Assembly (NCBI RefSeq): GCF_000446015.1
Contig: NC_022093.1
Coordinates: 750,001-782,000, forward strand
DNA: 32,000 nucleotides
Reading direction: 5' to 3'
Source: Thermofilum adornatum
Lineage (GTDB): Archaea > Thermoproteota > Thermoprotei > Thermofilales > Thermofilaceae
The notes beneath the pieces were generated by a model. The model had not been told where the DNA came from. It ran no database searches and saw only the letters and a program-made list of their open reading frames with translations. Below are positions 8,203-16,953 of this stretch, in pieces. Each line of letters opens with the position of its first letter. The stretch's first letter is position 1. A program made the position numbers and the translations under genes.

Positions 8203-9099
8203 ATGGCTATGGATTTGTTGGTTGATGCAGTGGTGTATGGTAACCTTTTGTCACTGTTGTCTATTGGTCTATCCTTGACCCTGCTTACTACAAGGGTGTC
8301 TAATTTTGCACATGGTGACTTTGCAACTGTTGGTATATATGTTGCTTACACGATGAGTGTTTTATTTGGTGCCAATCCCTATTTATTTTTGCCATTCTCT
8401 TTTGTCGGCGGTTTGTTGCTTGGTTTTCTTGTGTATAGAGTCGTGTTTGAGCCGTTGCGTGGTAAAGCGTCGCTAGTTACTTTGATGATTGTTTCTATGG
8501 CTTTGGACTTTATCCTCAGATACTCTGTGCAGATATATGCAGACGTGCTTCAGCGTTCCCTAGGGGTCTATACACGTGGGATAGTCTTCAAGGATGTGAA
8601 TGTCAACTTTTTAGGCTCTACGCTTCCCGGTTTACTTGTGATTTCCTCGGCGGTTGCCTGGCTGTTTTTGCTTCTACTGTATCTCTTCCTTTACAAGACA
8701 AAGGTTGGTATAGCTATGCGTGCTGTTATTGAGAACCCCTCCCTGTCTGAGGCTTTGGGGATAAACGTTAAAAGGGTATATGCTCTTAGCTGGATGCTTT
8801 CTGCATCTTTCGCAAGTGTTGCCGGTGTTTTTCTGCCCTTCAGGATAACGGTTAACCCTGATACAGGCTTCTCCATACTTCTCTCGATATTCGCCGCGGT
8901 GACCCTTGGGGGTCTCGAAAGCCTTCTGGGAAGCATTGTAGGAGCCTATATCATTGCCTTCAGTGAGACTGTTGGCGTATATTATCTTTCCCAGATCGGC
9001 TTGAGCACTGCTTATCGGCCCGCGATCTCGTTTATAACTTTGGCCCTTGTACTTTTGCTGTATCCTAGGGGTTTAGCCGGTCTATGGAGTAAAAGGTGA
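8203..9099 (+). CDS. livH: Branched-chain amino acid-type ABC transporter permease (LivH-like)
   Basis: Polytopic membrane protein of about 298 aa with LivH-like motifs (NFAHGDF, IAMRAV..N). I prefer ATG 8203 because AGGTGG (8192-8197) sits 5 nt upstream. The ORF track start GTG 8194 lies inside that SD-like element. Confidence 0.85.
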   Translation: MAMDLLVDAVVYGNLLSLLSIGLSLTLLTTRVSNFAHGDFATVGIYVAYTMSVLFGANPYLFLPFSFVGGLLLGFLVYRVVFEPLRGKASLVTLMIVSMALDFILRYSVQIYADVLQRSLGVYTRGIVFKDVNVNFLGSTLPGLLVISSAVAWLFLLLLYLFLYKTKVGIAMRAVIENPSLSEALGINVKRVYALSWMLSASFASVAGVFLPFRITVNPDTGFSILLSIFAAVTLGGLESLLGSIVGAYIIAFSETVGVYYLSQIGLSTAYRPAISFITLALVLLLYPRGLAGLWSKR

Positions 9100-10160
9100 T
9101 TGTGGTGGATGTTGTGTTTTTCGTTTTGGACTTAGCTGTCCTGTATTCGGTCTACGTTATTCTGGCTTCTTCCCTAAACCTAGAATATGGGGAAGCTGGG
9201 CTTCCAAACTTTGCGAAAGCCGCTTTCTTTGCTATTGGTGCATTCAGTGTGGGGGCTCTCTCAGTCAGGCTAGGGGCAGTTTTTCTGGACATGGCTTTAG
9301 AGGGGGACTTCAAGCTGAATAGTTTAAGGTGGGCCATGTCGGTTAGCCAATCCGTAGCTAGGAACCCGTTCTTAGGTCTTGGCATATTTATAGCGACCCT
9401 CATAGTAGCCGTGCTTGTAGGCTCTGTCCTCGGGGTTCTTGCATCTTATCCGGCTCTGCGGTTGCGTGAGGACTATCTTGGAATGCTACTGATAGCTTTT
9501 AGCGAGACGATAAGAATAGTTGCTAGGAACTATGACCCGCTGGTTGGTGGAACGTTCGGGGCTGGCGTGGTAGACTTTTTAGCGTGGGCCGGCTCGCCAC
9601 TTAGAGAAATATTATTGCTATTCTTGTCTGTTGTCGTCGCGGCGATTATTTGGCTTGTATATTATAGGCTTTCTACTTCTCCTTTTGGGAGGACACTCCG
9701 CGCCATGAGGGACAATGAGCTGGCAACCGAGAGTCTTGGAAGAAACATTGTGAAACTAAGAATGATGGCTATGATGATTGGGTCTGCTATGGCGAGTGTA
9801 GCAGGTGTGCTCTATGCATACTATGTCGGGACGGTGAATCCCGACGATTTCACTACATCGAAAACATTCCTGATAACGTTAATGGTTATAATTGGTGGCA
9901 GTGGTAATCCGTATGGCCCGCTTGTAGGGCCAGCAGTGTACCTAGCTTTTGACAGGTTGATACAGTTTACTAAGCAGAGGCTAATACTTCCATTTGATCC
10001 AAACTATCTATCATACATAGTACTCGGCGTAGTACTGATAATTGTTGTCGACAGGCACCCGGGCGGCATAGTTCCAGAGAAGCCGACGCTTACATTGCCC
10101 AGAGAGTTAAGGAGTTTACTGCGGCAAAGACGAGTAGAAGAGACATGGAACAGACAATAA
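9096..10160 (+). CDS. livM: Branched-chain amino acid-type ABC transporter permease (LivM-like)
   Basis: 354-aa polytopic membrane protein with a LivM-like core (GRTLRAMRDNE...A.S.G). GTGA overlap with the livH stop. Confidence 0.85.
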   Translation: MIVVDVVFFVLDLAVLYSVYVILASSLNLEYGEAGLPNFAKAAFFAIGAFSVGALSVRLGAVFLDMALEGDFKLNSLRWAMSVSQSVARNPFLGLGIFIATLIVAVLVGSVLGVLASYPALRLREDYLGMLLIAFSETIRIVARNYDPLVGGTFGAGVVDFLAWAGSPLREILLLFLSVVVAAIIWLVYYRLSTSPFGRTLRAMRDNELATESLGRNIVKLRMMAMMIGSAMASVAGVLYAYYVGTVNPDDFTTSKTFLITLMVIIGGSGNPYGPLVGPAVYLAFDRLIQFTKQRLILPFDPNYLSYIVLGVVLIIVVDRHPGGIVPEKPTLTLPRELRSLLRQRRVEETWNRQ

Positions 10161-10334
10161 GCTTAAACAAAATATGTATGCTGTTCCATAGGGACAAACC
10201 CAGCCGAAGTCCAATAGCTACCGACACCACGTAAAATTATAGTGGTCGCTGTATACATGCGAGTTAAGTGGAAATAATGAAACATGTTAATCAAAAAACA
10301 TTAATCTATTACATTGTTCTTATACGTGATTTCG

Positions 10335-12464
10335 ATGTTTGACGAAAAAATAATTAAATTGTTGAGGCCGGAGAGCGTCGCAGTTATTGGGGCGTCTCGG
10401 AGCCCAGATAAAATCGGCTATCAAGTTGTCAAAAATCTACTTGATGCTGGTTTTCCGCGTGAAAAAATTTTTCCAGTAAATCCATCTGCCGACGAAATTC
10501 TTGGGCTGAAATGCTATAAATCGATACTTGATGTCCCGGCATCTATTGACTTGGCAGTGATAGTGGTTCCTGCCCCGGCTGTACCAAAGGTACTAGAGGA
10601 AGCCGGAATGAAGGGGGTTAAAGCAGTTGCAGTGATTTCTAGCGGTTTCAAGGAGATTGGTAACGTTGACCTAGAGTTAAAGCTTGTGGAAACTGCTAGG
10701 AAGTATGGTTTACGCCTGCTCGGCCCAAACATTGTCGGCGTATGTGACACTGTTAAAGGTGTAAATGCTAGCTTTTGTCAGGGATTACCCAAGGCTGGAG
10801 AAATAGCTTTTATCACCCAGAGCGGAGCTTTGGGAATAGCGCTTGTTGGCTGGACAAAGCTTAAAGGTATAGGCTTGTCGGACCTTGTTAGTCTCGGGAA
10901 CAAGGCCGATGTAGATGAAAACGACCTAATAGAGTTCTTCGGCGAAGACCCGCATACAAAGGTTATAACAGCTTACCTAGAGGGAATAAACAATGGTGCA
11001 AGGTTTCTAGAAGTTGCAAGGCGGGTGGCAAGGAGAAAACCAATAATAATCCTGAAAGCCGGAAGAGGTACCAGAACAATAGCGGCTATAAAGTCGCATA
11101 CTGGTTCTCTTGCAGGAAGCTTCGCCGCATATGAGGCTGCATTTAAACAGTCCGGCGTGTTGCTGGCCAAAAGTTTCATTGAATTGTTTGACTGGGCAAC
11201 TGCTTTTGCTAAGGCCCCGCTTCCAAGCGGTGAGAACGTTGTTGTCCTCACTAATGGCGGCGGTGCAGGCATCATGGCTACTGACGCTCTTGAAGACAAC
11301 AACATTAAGCTCATGAGTATTCCACAGGATCTCGCCGAAAAGCTAAGGAGACATATGCCACCGTTTGGTAGCGTTCTGAACCCGATTGATTTGACTGGAA
11401 TGGCTGACGCGGAGCAGTATTATGGGGCACTAAAGGATCTCCTCCTCGACGACAGAGTGAATACAGTCATTGTACTATATTGTCACACGGCGATTACTAA
11501 TCCAGGCGAGATTGCTGACGCACTGCTGAAAGCAATAAAGGAGACAGGCTCCAAGAAAACTGTCCTAGCATCGTTTATCGGCGGAGACGAGGTAAGCGTT
11601 GCATGTAGCAAGCTTACAGAGAACGGTGTGCCATGCTATGAGTCTCCAGAAAAAGTTGCCTCAAGCCTAGGCGCAATGTATAGGTACATCCAGGCGCTAG
11701 AAAAGCTAGAGAGGAGGACAGAGGTGTCTCTATCTGTCAATGTTGAGCTGGCTAGGCAGATAGTCAAGAATGCACTCAAAGAAGGGAGAACCGCGTTAAC
11801 ACCATCGGAAGCATCTCTGCTTGTAAGCCACTACGGTATACCTGTCTTGCTGAAGAAGATTGCCCGAACCCCGGAGGAGGCAGTAAAAATTGCCAAGGAG
11901 CTTGGCTACCCAGTTGTCCTAGAGGTCGAGTCGCCAGACATACTCCATAAAAGCGACGTTGGAGGCATAATTATAGGGCTGAACTCTGATGTGGAGGTCG
12001 CCGAGGCCTTCAACAAAATAATGGACAATGTTACAAAGAAGGTTCCAAACGCACGTATTAATGGAATCATCGTCAGGAAAATGGCCGAAAAAGGAAAAGA
12101 GGTGGCTATAGGAATACATAGGGATCCAATATTCGGTCCCCTTGTTATGGTTGGCTCCGGAGGTATCCTCGTCGAGCTATACAAGGATGTAAGTTTCAGG
12201 GTTGCCCCTCTATCTATCGATGATGCCTACGAGATGCTAGAGGAGACAAAAATATACAAGGTTCTCAAGGGATATAGGGGCGAGCCCCCAGCAGACTACG
12301 AAAAAGTTGTAGACGTGTTATTGAGGCTCTCGAAGCTCGCTCTAGACATCGAGGAAATAGAAGACATAGACATCAACCCCTTCTTTGTCTACGAAAAAGG
12401 CAAGGGTGCACTCGCTGTAGACGTGAAAGTCACGCTTTCACAGCCCAAAAACAAAGAACAATAA
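10335..12464 (+). CDS. acd: ADP-forming acetyl/acyl-CoA synthetase, fused alpha-beta form
   Basis: About 709 aa from ATG 10335 (the track's TTG 10314 is less likely). CoA-binding N-terminal part ([11 protein letters not shown]), phosphohistidine loop [10 protein letters not shown]-terminal ATP-grasp part with LHKSDVGG. Both catalytic His segments known from archaeal ACDs are present. Confidence 0.9.
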   Translation: MFDEKIIKLLRPESVAVIGASRSPDKIGYQVVKNLLDAGFPREKIFPVNPSADEILGLKCYKSILDVPASIDLAVIVVPAPAVPKVLEEAGMKGVKAVAVISSGFKEIGNVDLELKLVETARKYGLRLLGPNIVGVCDTVKGVNASFCQGLPKAGEIAFITQSGALGIALVGWTKLKGIGLSDLVSLGNKADVDENDLIEFFGEDPHTKVITAYLEGINNGARFLEVARRVARRKPIIILKAGRGTRTIAAIKSHTGSLAGSFAAYEAAFKQSGVLLAKSFIELFDWATAFAKAPLPSGENVVVLTNGGGAGIMATDALEDNNIKLMSIPQDLAEKLRRHMPPFGSVLNPIDLTGMADAEQYYGALKDLLLDDRVNTVIVLYCHTAITNPGEIADALLKAIKETGSKKTVLASFIGGDEVSVACSKLTENGVPCYESPEKVASSLGAMYRYIQALEKLERRTEVSLSVNVELARQIVKNALKEGRTALTPSEASLLVSHYGIPVLLKKIARTPEEAVKIAKELGYPVVLEVESPDILHKSDVGGIIIGLNSDVEVAEAFNKIMDNVTKKVPNARINGIIVRKMAEKGKEVAIGIHRDPIFGPLVMVGSGGILVELYKDVSFRVAPLSIDDAYEMLEETKIYKVLKGYRGEPPADYEKVVDVLLRLSKLALDIEEIEDIDINPFFVYEKGKGALAVDVKVTLSQPKNKEQ

Positions 12465-12477
12465 TGTTTTCCCGGCT

Positions 12478-12912
12478 TTATTCTCCTAAAACCTCTACAA
12501 TTATTCTTCTAGAGGCACGTGGGCCATCGAGCTCTACAAGGAAGATGTTCTGCCAGGTTCCACGCACCAGTTCTCCATTTACCACGGGCAATGTTGCCGA
12601 GGAGCCAATAATGCTTGATGCTACGTGTGCATGTGCATTGTTGTCTATTCTGTTATGTAGGTAGTTTGCCCCAGGCGGCGCGATTTCCAGAATCTTTTTG
12701 ACAATGTCGCTCAGTAGCCCTTTTTCATGTTCATTCAATATTATCGCTGCGGTTGCATGTGGAGCATAGACAAGACATATTCCGTTTCTAATTTTGCTTT
12801 CTTGGACAGCTTCTTCCACTTTGTTAGTGATGTCTACTAGCTCTATTCTCTCTTTGGTAGAGAGATAAATTTCCTTGACGAACACCCTGAAGCCATTGCT
12901 AGGTTTTTCCAT
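12478..12912 (-). CDS. YjbQ/UPF0047 family protein (annotated as secondary thiamine-phosphate synthase)
   Basis: 144 aa. Family pattern APHATAAIILNE..., NAHAHV.SS.IGSS..LPV..G.L..GTWQNIFLVELDGPR.R. ATG with TATA-like TTTTATTTATC 29-38 nt upstream. Confidence 0.82.
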   Translation of the reverse strand: MEKPSNGFRVFVKEIYLSTKERIELVDITNKVEEAVQESKIRNGICLVYAPHATAAIILNEHEKGLLSDIVKKILEIAPPGANYLHNRIDNNAHAHVASSIIGSSATLPVVNGELVRGTWQNIFLVELDGPRASRRIIVEVLGE

Positions 12913-12956
12913 AAATAGTCCATATTTGGCAAGCCCGGAGATAAATAAAACTGTTT

Positions 12957-13724
12957 CTAGGGTAATACTCTTGTGTATGGTGCTTCGACTCCGAGAATCA
13001 TTTCTTCGAGGAAGCTTATTCCACCAATATTTACCTTTATGCCTTTTTCGGCTGCCGCGAAAGCTTCCTCTAGTTTTTCACGTAGCCCGCCAGTCACATC
13101 TATGCCTGATGCTTCTCCAACAGTCAAAAACGACTTTCGCGAGATTTCTCTAAGAAGGGTCGCATCGGGGTTCTCAGGGGGTCTAGAATAAACTCCGCCA
13201 GAACCCATGACATATACGAGGACCTCTGCTCCTAGGTGGATGGCTACTCTTGAGGCGATAGTGTCGCCAGAAAGTATTGAAAAACCTCTGATAGTGTCCA
13301 AGACAGCGTCACCATAAAGAACAGGTACAAGTCTCCTTGACAGCATTTCTCGAATTATTTCGTAGTCGAAACGAGCCATCTTACCATTAGCGTTATATGC
13401 AACTGCAGATGTCTGGATTGAGACAGCTGGGACACCGTATACCAGTAGGGTCTTAACTACGTATGTGTTTAGTTTTGTCATCCAGTACCTGGTCTCCGCA
13501 TAGCCTCTCAGCTTTTCTGGTTCTAGTCCACCCTCTTGGAGCCTGTACTTTGCGGCTGTTGGATGTCCAAATGAGCCTCCTCCATGTATTAGGACAAAGT
13601 CCCAACCTTCACTATATAGTTTGCTTATCGTCTTCGATGCCTTAACTATGTTTTCGCGGCGAACGGTGTAGGGTTTAGCCTTATTTGTAATAGCTGAACC
13701 CCCTAGCTTGACGACTGCAAGCAT
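12957..13724 (-). CDS. ipk: Isopentenyl phosphate kinase (archaeal mevalonate pathway)
   Basis: Amino-acid-kinase fold with VVKLGGSAITNK and HGGGSFGH. ATG 13724 is preferred because TTAATTATAAA lies 26-36 nt upstream. The track start GTG 13733 is the alternative. Confidence 0.88.
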   Translation of the reverse strand: MLAVVKLGGSAITNKAKPYTVRRENIVKASKTISKLYSEGWDFVLIHGGGSFGHPTAAKYRLQEGGLEPEKLRGYAETRYWMTKLNTYVVKTLLVYGVPAVSIQTSAVAYNANGKMARFDYEIIREMLSRRLVPVLYGDAVLDTIRGFSILSGDTIASRVAIHLGAEVLVYVMGSGGVYSRPPENPDATLLREISRKSFLTVGEASGIDVTGGLREKLEEAFAAAEKGIKVNIGGISFLEEMILGVEAPYTRVLP

Positions 13725-13749
13725 TTTACCCACATAGAAAAATGTGATG

Positions 13750-13760
13750 TTTATAATTAA
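13750..13760 (-). promoter_or_regulatory. Candidate TATA box for ipk
   Basis: TTAATTATAAA (minus strand) lies 26-36 nt upstream of ATG 13724, in the 45-nt gap after the GGPP synthase stop. Confidence 0.35.
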
Positions 13761-13769
13761 AGTCTGTCT

Positions 13770-14786
13770 TTAGAAGTCTCTTTTCTCGATAAATGATGCA
13801 AGCTCAAGTAATATGTCTCTGTATTTGCCCCTTGGCAGGACCTCTAGTGCATTTACTGCTTTGTCTACATACTCCTTTTTCAGTTTCTCGGCTTTTTGCC
13901 TAGCACTTGTTTTGGAGATGAGCTTAATTACATGTGAGACTTCCTCCCATGAGACATCATCCTTGCGTAGAACCGAGAGTACTTGCTCCTTCTCGCTTGA
14001 TTCAAGCTCCTCTACAGCCAACAGAACAACAATGTTTCCTAGTTTATGTTCCTTGATGTCTCCGCCGACTTTTTTCCCAGTCTTCTCTTCTACACCAAAA
14101 ATGTCGATAATGTCGTCACCTATCTGGAAAGCCATGCCTAGATTATAGCCGTACTGTTTCAATGCATCAACTATGTTTTTGTCGGCGTGCGCAGATAGTG
14201 CCCCGAAGACACAGGATGTCTCAATAAGCTTGGCTGTTTTCCTCTCGATCATTTTTAGATAATCTTCCAGTGTGACCTTTCTATAGCGATTCTCCAGTAT
14301 GTAGGGCTCGTCGCTTCTGCCTGCTTGCTCGAATAGAATGTCTAGTCTCTCCCCGTCAGTAAGTAGCTTAATTGTTTCGGCCAGAATCTCGTTGAAAAGT
14401 TTTGGATCACGAGTATGATTTAAAACTTGTGAGATGGTCTCGCGGTAGTGCACAGCTACGAGTATAGCGGTGCTGATTCCATATTTCTTCCATACAGTGG
14501 GTAGACCTCTCCTCAGCTCGCTGTGGTCGATTATGTCGTCGAGAATAAGGGAATAATTGTGAGCAAGCTCTACGGCTGCAGCAGCGTGTAGTGAGTCCTG
14601 AATATTGCCTCCTGCCGCTAGGCAACTTGCAACCGTGAGGGCTGGACGTATGCGTTTGCCGCCCATTTTTATTTGGTATAGAACTGCCTCTTGGAACTCT
14701 GGGCTAGCGTCTTTCAGTAGAAACTCTATCATTATTGGGTCGACGGCTTTGCCCAGTTCTCCTAAAACTTCGAGTACAGATTGCAC
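13770..14786 (-). CDS. Short-chain trans-isoprenyl diphosphate synthase, probably geranylgeranyl diphosphate synthase
   Basis: 338 aa. First and second Asp-rich motifs LILDDIIDH and QIGDDIIDI. Aromatic Tyr five residues before the first DDxxD, the position known to limit chain length in archaeal GGPP synthases. GTG start with CCTATAAATT 22-31 nt upstream. Confidence 0.9.
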   Translation of the reverse strand: MQSVLEVLGELGKAVDPIMIEFLLKDASPEFQEAVLYQIKMGGKRIRPALTVASCLAAGGNIQDSLHAAAAVELAHNYSLILDDIIDHSELRRGLPTVWKKYGISTAILVAVHYRETISQVLNHTRDPKLFNEILAETIKLLTDGERLDILFEQAGRSDEPYILENRYRKVTLEDYLKMIERKTAKLIETSCVFGALSAHADKNIVDALKQYGYNLGMAFQIGDDIIDIFGVEEKTGKKVGGDIKEHKLGNIVVLLAVEELESSEKEQVLSVLRKDDVSWEEVSHVIKLISKTSARQKAEKLKKEYVDKAVNALEVLPRGKYRDILLELASFIEKRDF

Positions 14787-14937
14787 AGTTATAGCTATGT
14801 TTAGCCCAATTTATAGGTGTCGGCCTAGAAACAAATGAAACAATAAATAGGGGGTTTTATAGGGAGAAGTTGATGAGGAAAAGAGAGTCGACCGAGCCTC
14901 TGCTATGAAGACGCAAGGCTTGCTGATGCTACTTGTC

Positions 14938-16293
14938 CTACTGCTGCTCAAGATAAAACCATTTTTCCGAGATAAGCCAGTCACTTGTTATTGTCACAGG
15001 CTGTAAGCCGTATATTTCCCTGGGTTTTGTCAAGTGCCTGAAGGCAATGGGCGACTGTATGTATAGGCCGGGCTCCAGTATTCTTGGAAACTTCTTTATG
15101 TTTTTCCCAAGAGTCGTGGATCTAAATCCACATTTTGGACACTTGTATCCCTTGTTTCGGCCAGCAGATGTCATCCTGGCTCCACACTTCGGACATCTAG
15201 GGTTCTCCTCTAGCATCAATGGAGCAGGCTCAACAACCCTTAGAATCTCTGCATTGAGCGTATTTTTTTCTCTGGGGATTACCCCGCCTCCAACCTCGAT
15301 CTTGTCTCCTTTCCTCAAGAGTCTCGAAACTCTATTGAGACTGCCGGTTTCCTTGTAGAAAGCTACAGTGATGCACCCCGTATCGTCACATACCTCGGCA
15401 AATACGTGTCCACCCGGAATTATCCTGGGTTTGGAATCGACTCGCCCATAAACGACTACTGAATCATAGGGCCTGAGAGAAGCAATTTTCTTTTTTACCT
15501 TTAAATGCATGTTTGTCGCTTGGTTTGTCTTAAAGACCATGTATCCGCGAAAGCTTACACTGCCACTTATAGTACCAAGTGCTTTGAGCAAGGTATCGGG
15601 ATCTAGGCTTCTCAAGCCAAAAAGGACAGGGTCTGGACCATGAGGAGTTGCCAGCAGTCTACCCGAGTTGTAATCAAAAGTAGAAAAAATATATGGACGA
15701 TACGTCTTGTCAATATCAAGAAACATGTTTGTATCAATATTTCTTTCGGCTGTTTTGTCTCTGGGGTCTCTGTAAACAAGCAACTCGTAGGTGTACTGAG
15801 CCAGAGGATAAGCAGCTACCGCGGAGACAGCGCCTATAAGTCCCCTCGGTCTATCTCTGTATGCATAGACCAGCCTAATCTTTTCTTCTGCGGAGAGTTT
15901 TCTAAACATGCTGTGAACATGACTGACGGGCACATATTCTGAAAGTGCCCGCTGGAATATTTCCTTTAGTTCTTCGGGAACGTTTCCAGTCGAAATAACT
16001 ACTGCTGGGTCAGTTTTTCCATGCTTCTCTGCAAACCTTTCTACTGTATTCCTTATAATATTCTCGGCATGAGTAATCTTGTCCTGTTCCAGCCTGAAAT
16101 GCAAAGAAACAGCCCCATTTCCACGGGTTTTGGCGGGGATATTAGGATCAAGCCTGACAAGGTACGGCAGGTCAAGAAAAACGGCGCCAATTTTTTTCAG
16201 CTCGTTAACGAGTAGCAGTCCAAGAAACGTTGTACAAAACCCAAGGGGTGAATCTGCATCGTCTAGGCCGACGTGGACCTCAACTAGAGACAT
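14938..16293 (-). CDS. tiaS: tRNA(Ile2) 2-agmatinylcytidine synthetase
   Basis: 451 aa. N-terminal VGLDDADSPLGFCTT (the TiaS kinase-like domain signature, GxDDxDS), a central OB-like region, and a Zn ribbon CPKCGARMTSAGRNKGYKCPKCG. ATG 5 nt after the L6 stop. Confidence 0.88.
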   Translation of the reverse strand: MSLVEVHVGLDDADSPLGFCTTFLGLLLVNELKKIGAVFLDLPYLVRLDPNIPAKTRGNGAVSLHFRLEQDKITHAENIIRNTVERFAEKHGKTDPAVVISTGNVPEELKEIFQRALSEYVPVSHVHSMFRKLSAEEKIRLVYAYRDRPRGLIGAVSAVAAYPLAQYTYELLVYRDPRDKTAERNIDTNMFLDIDKTYRPYIFSTFDYNSGRLLATPHGPDPVLFGLRSLDPDTLLKALGTISGSVSFRGYMVFKTNQATNMHLKVKKKIASLRPYDSVVVYGRVDSKPRIIPGGHVFAEVCDDTGCITVAFYKETGSLNRVSRLLRKGDKIEVGGGVIPREKNTLNAEILRVVEPAPLMLEENPRCPKCGARMTSAGRNKGYKCPKCGFRSTTLGKNIKKFPRILEPGLYIQSPIAFRHLTKPREIYGLQPVTITSDWLISEKWFYLEQQ

Positions 16294-16298
16294 GTAGA

Positions 16299-16874
16299 TT
16301 ACTTTAAATGTTCGACTGCGTAGAGGTAGATTCCGTCAAGTATACCGGGGCCAGTACCTTCACGCCCATGCGGGCTTAGAGCTCTCTCACCACGCAGATG
16401 AGTGGCCAAGTGGATGTTTGCCGCTGTCTGTGCGACTGCGTCCTTGTCTATGCCCTCAACTATTATATCTTCCTTTTCGATCTTTACTTTTGCGCCGGGC
16501 ATTATTCTTGCATATCGTGGACCACGTTCTCCAAGGAAGTTCTCAATCCTTATCTTGTCGTTTTCGATTTTGAAGTTCATCGGGAAGTGGGCGTAGACAA
16601 CCTTCAGCTTATAGCGGTAACCCCTTGTGACGCCAATAATCATGTTGTTGATGTGGGATGCTATAGTGTTTACTAGTGCATAGTCTTTTTTCGTGGCGCC
16701 ATGCGTCTCTACTACGACGTTGTTGCCCTCAAGCCTTATGGTGATTCTCTTGGCATGGGAAAAGTCTTTCTCTACCTTTCCTAATGGTCCCTCAACTGTG
16801 ACCTTTTTTCCTGAAATATTCACCTTGACGCCTTCAGGTACTGGGACAGTAGCGGAAGTATAGAGCACCCTCAA
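16299..16874 (-). CDS. rpl6: 50S ribosomal protein L6 (uL6)
   Basis: 191 aa with clear archaeal L6 similarity (VPVPEGVKV...VTVEGPLG, GVTRGYRYKLKVVYAHFP, AVAQTAANI, DGIYLY). TTG start 16874 is supported by AGGTGA (16881-16886) 6 nt upstream. Confidence 0.9.
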   Translation of the reverse strand: MRVLYTSATVPVPEGVKVNISGKKVTVEGPLGKVEKDFSHAKRITIRLEGNNVVVETHGATKKDYALVNTIASHINNMIIGVTRGYRYKLKVVYAHFPMNFKIENDKIRIENFLGERGPRYARIMPGAKVKIEKEDIIVEGIDKDAVAQTAANIHLATHLRGERALSPHGREGTGPGILDGIYLYAVEHLK

Positions 16875-16953
16875 CGAGACTCACCTACCTTTTCCCTTAT
16901 TCACTAACCATGTTTTTAAATTTTTTCTGACACGTATACCATTGGATAGAAAG

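Noticed and set aside
10144-10188. Perfect 9-bp inverted repeat ATGGAACAG / CTGTTCCAT with a 27-nt loop spanning the livM stop codon, a possible terminator or attenuator hairpin.
   Set aside because: By rough estimate, several 9-bp inverted repeats within 50 nt are expected by chance in 32 kb. There is no following T tract, and archaeal termination does not require hairpins.
10314-10334. Upstream-extended starts in the ORF track. These are TTG 10314 for acd, TTG 30351 for the beta-CASP gene, TTG 28980 for mtnP, GTG 8194 for livH and GTG 23759 for metG.
   Set aside because: The downstream ATG codons align with the conserved N-termini of the families. They also have either a TATA-like box at leaderless distance or an SD at proper spacing, so the extensions add non-conserved residues.
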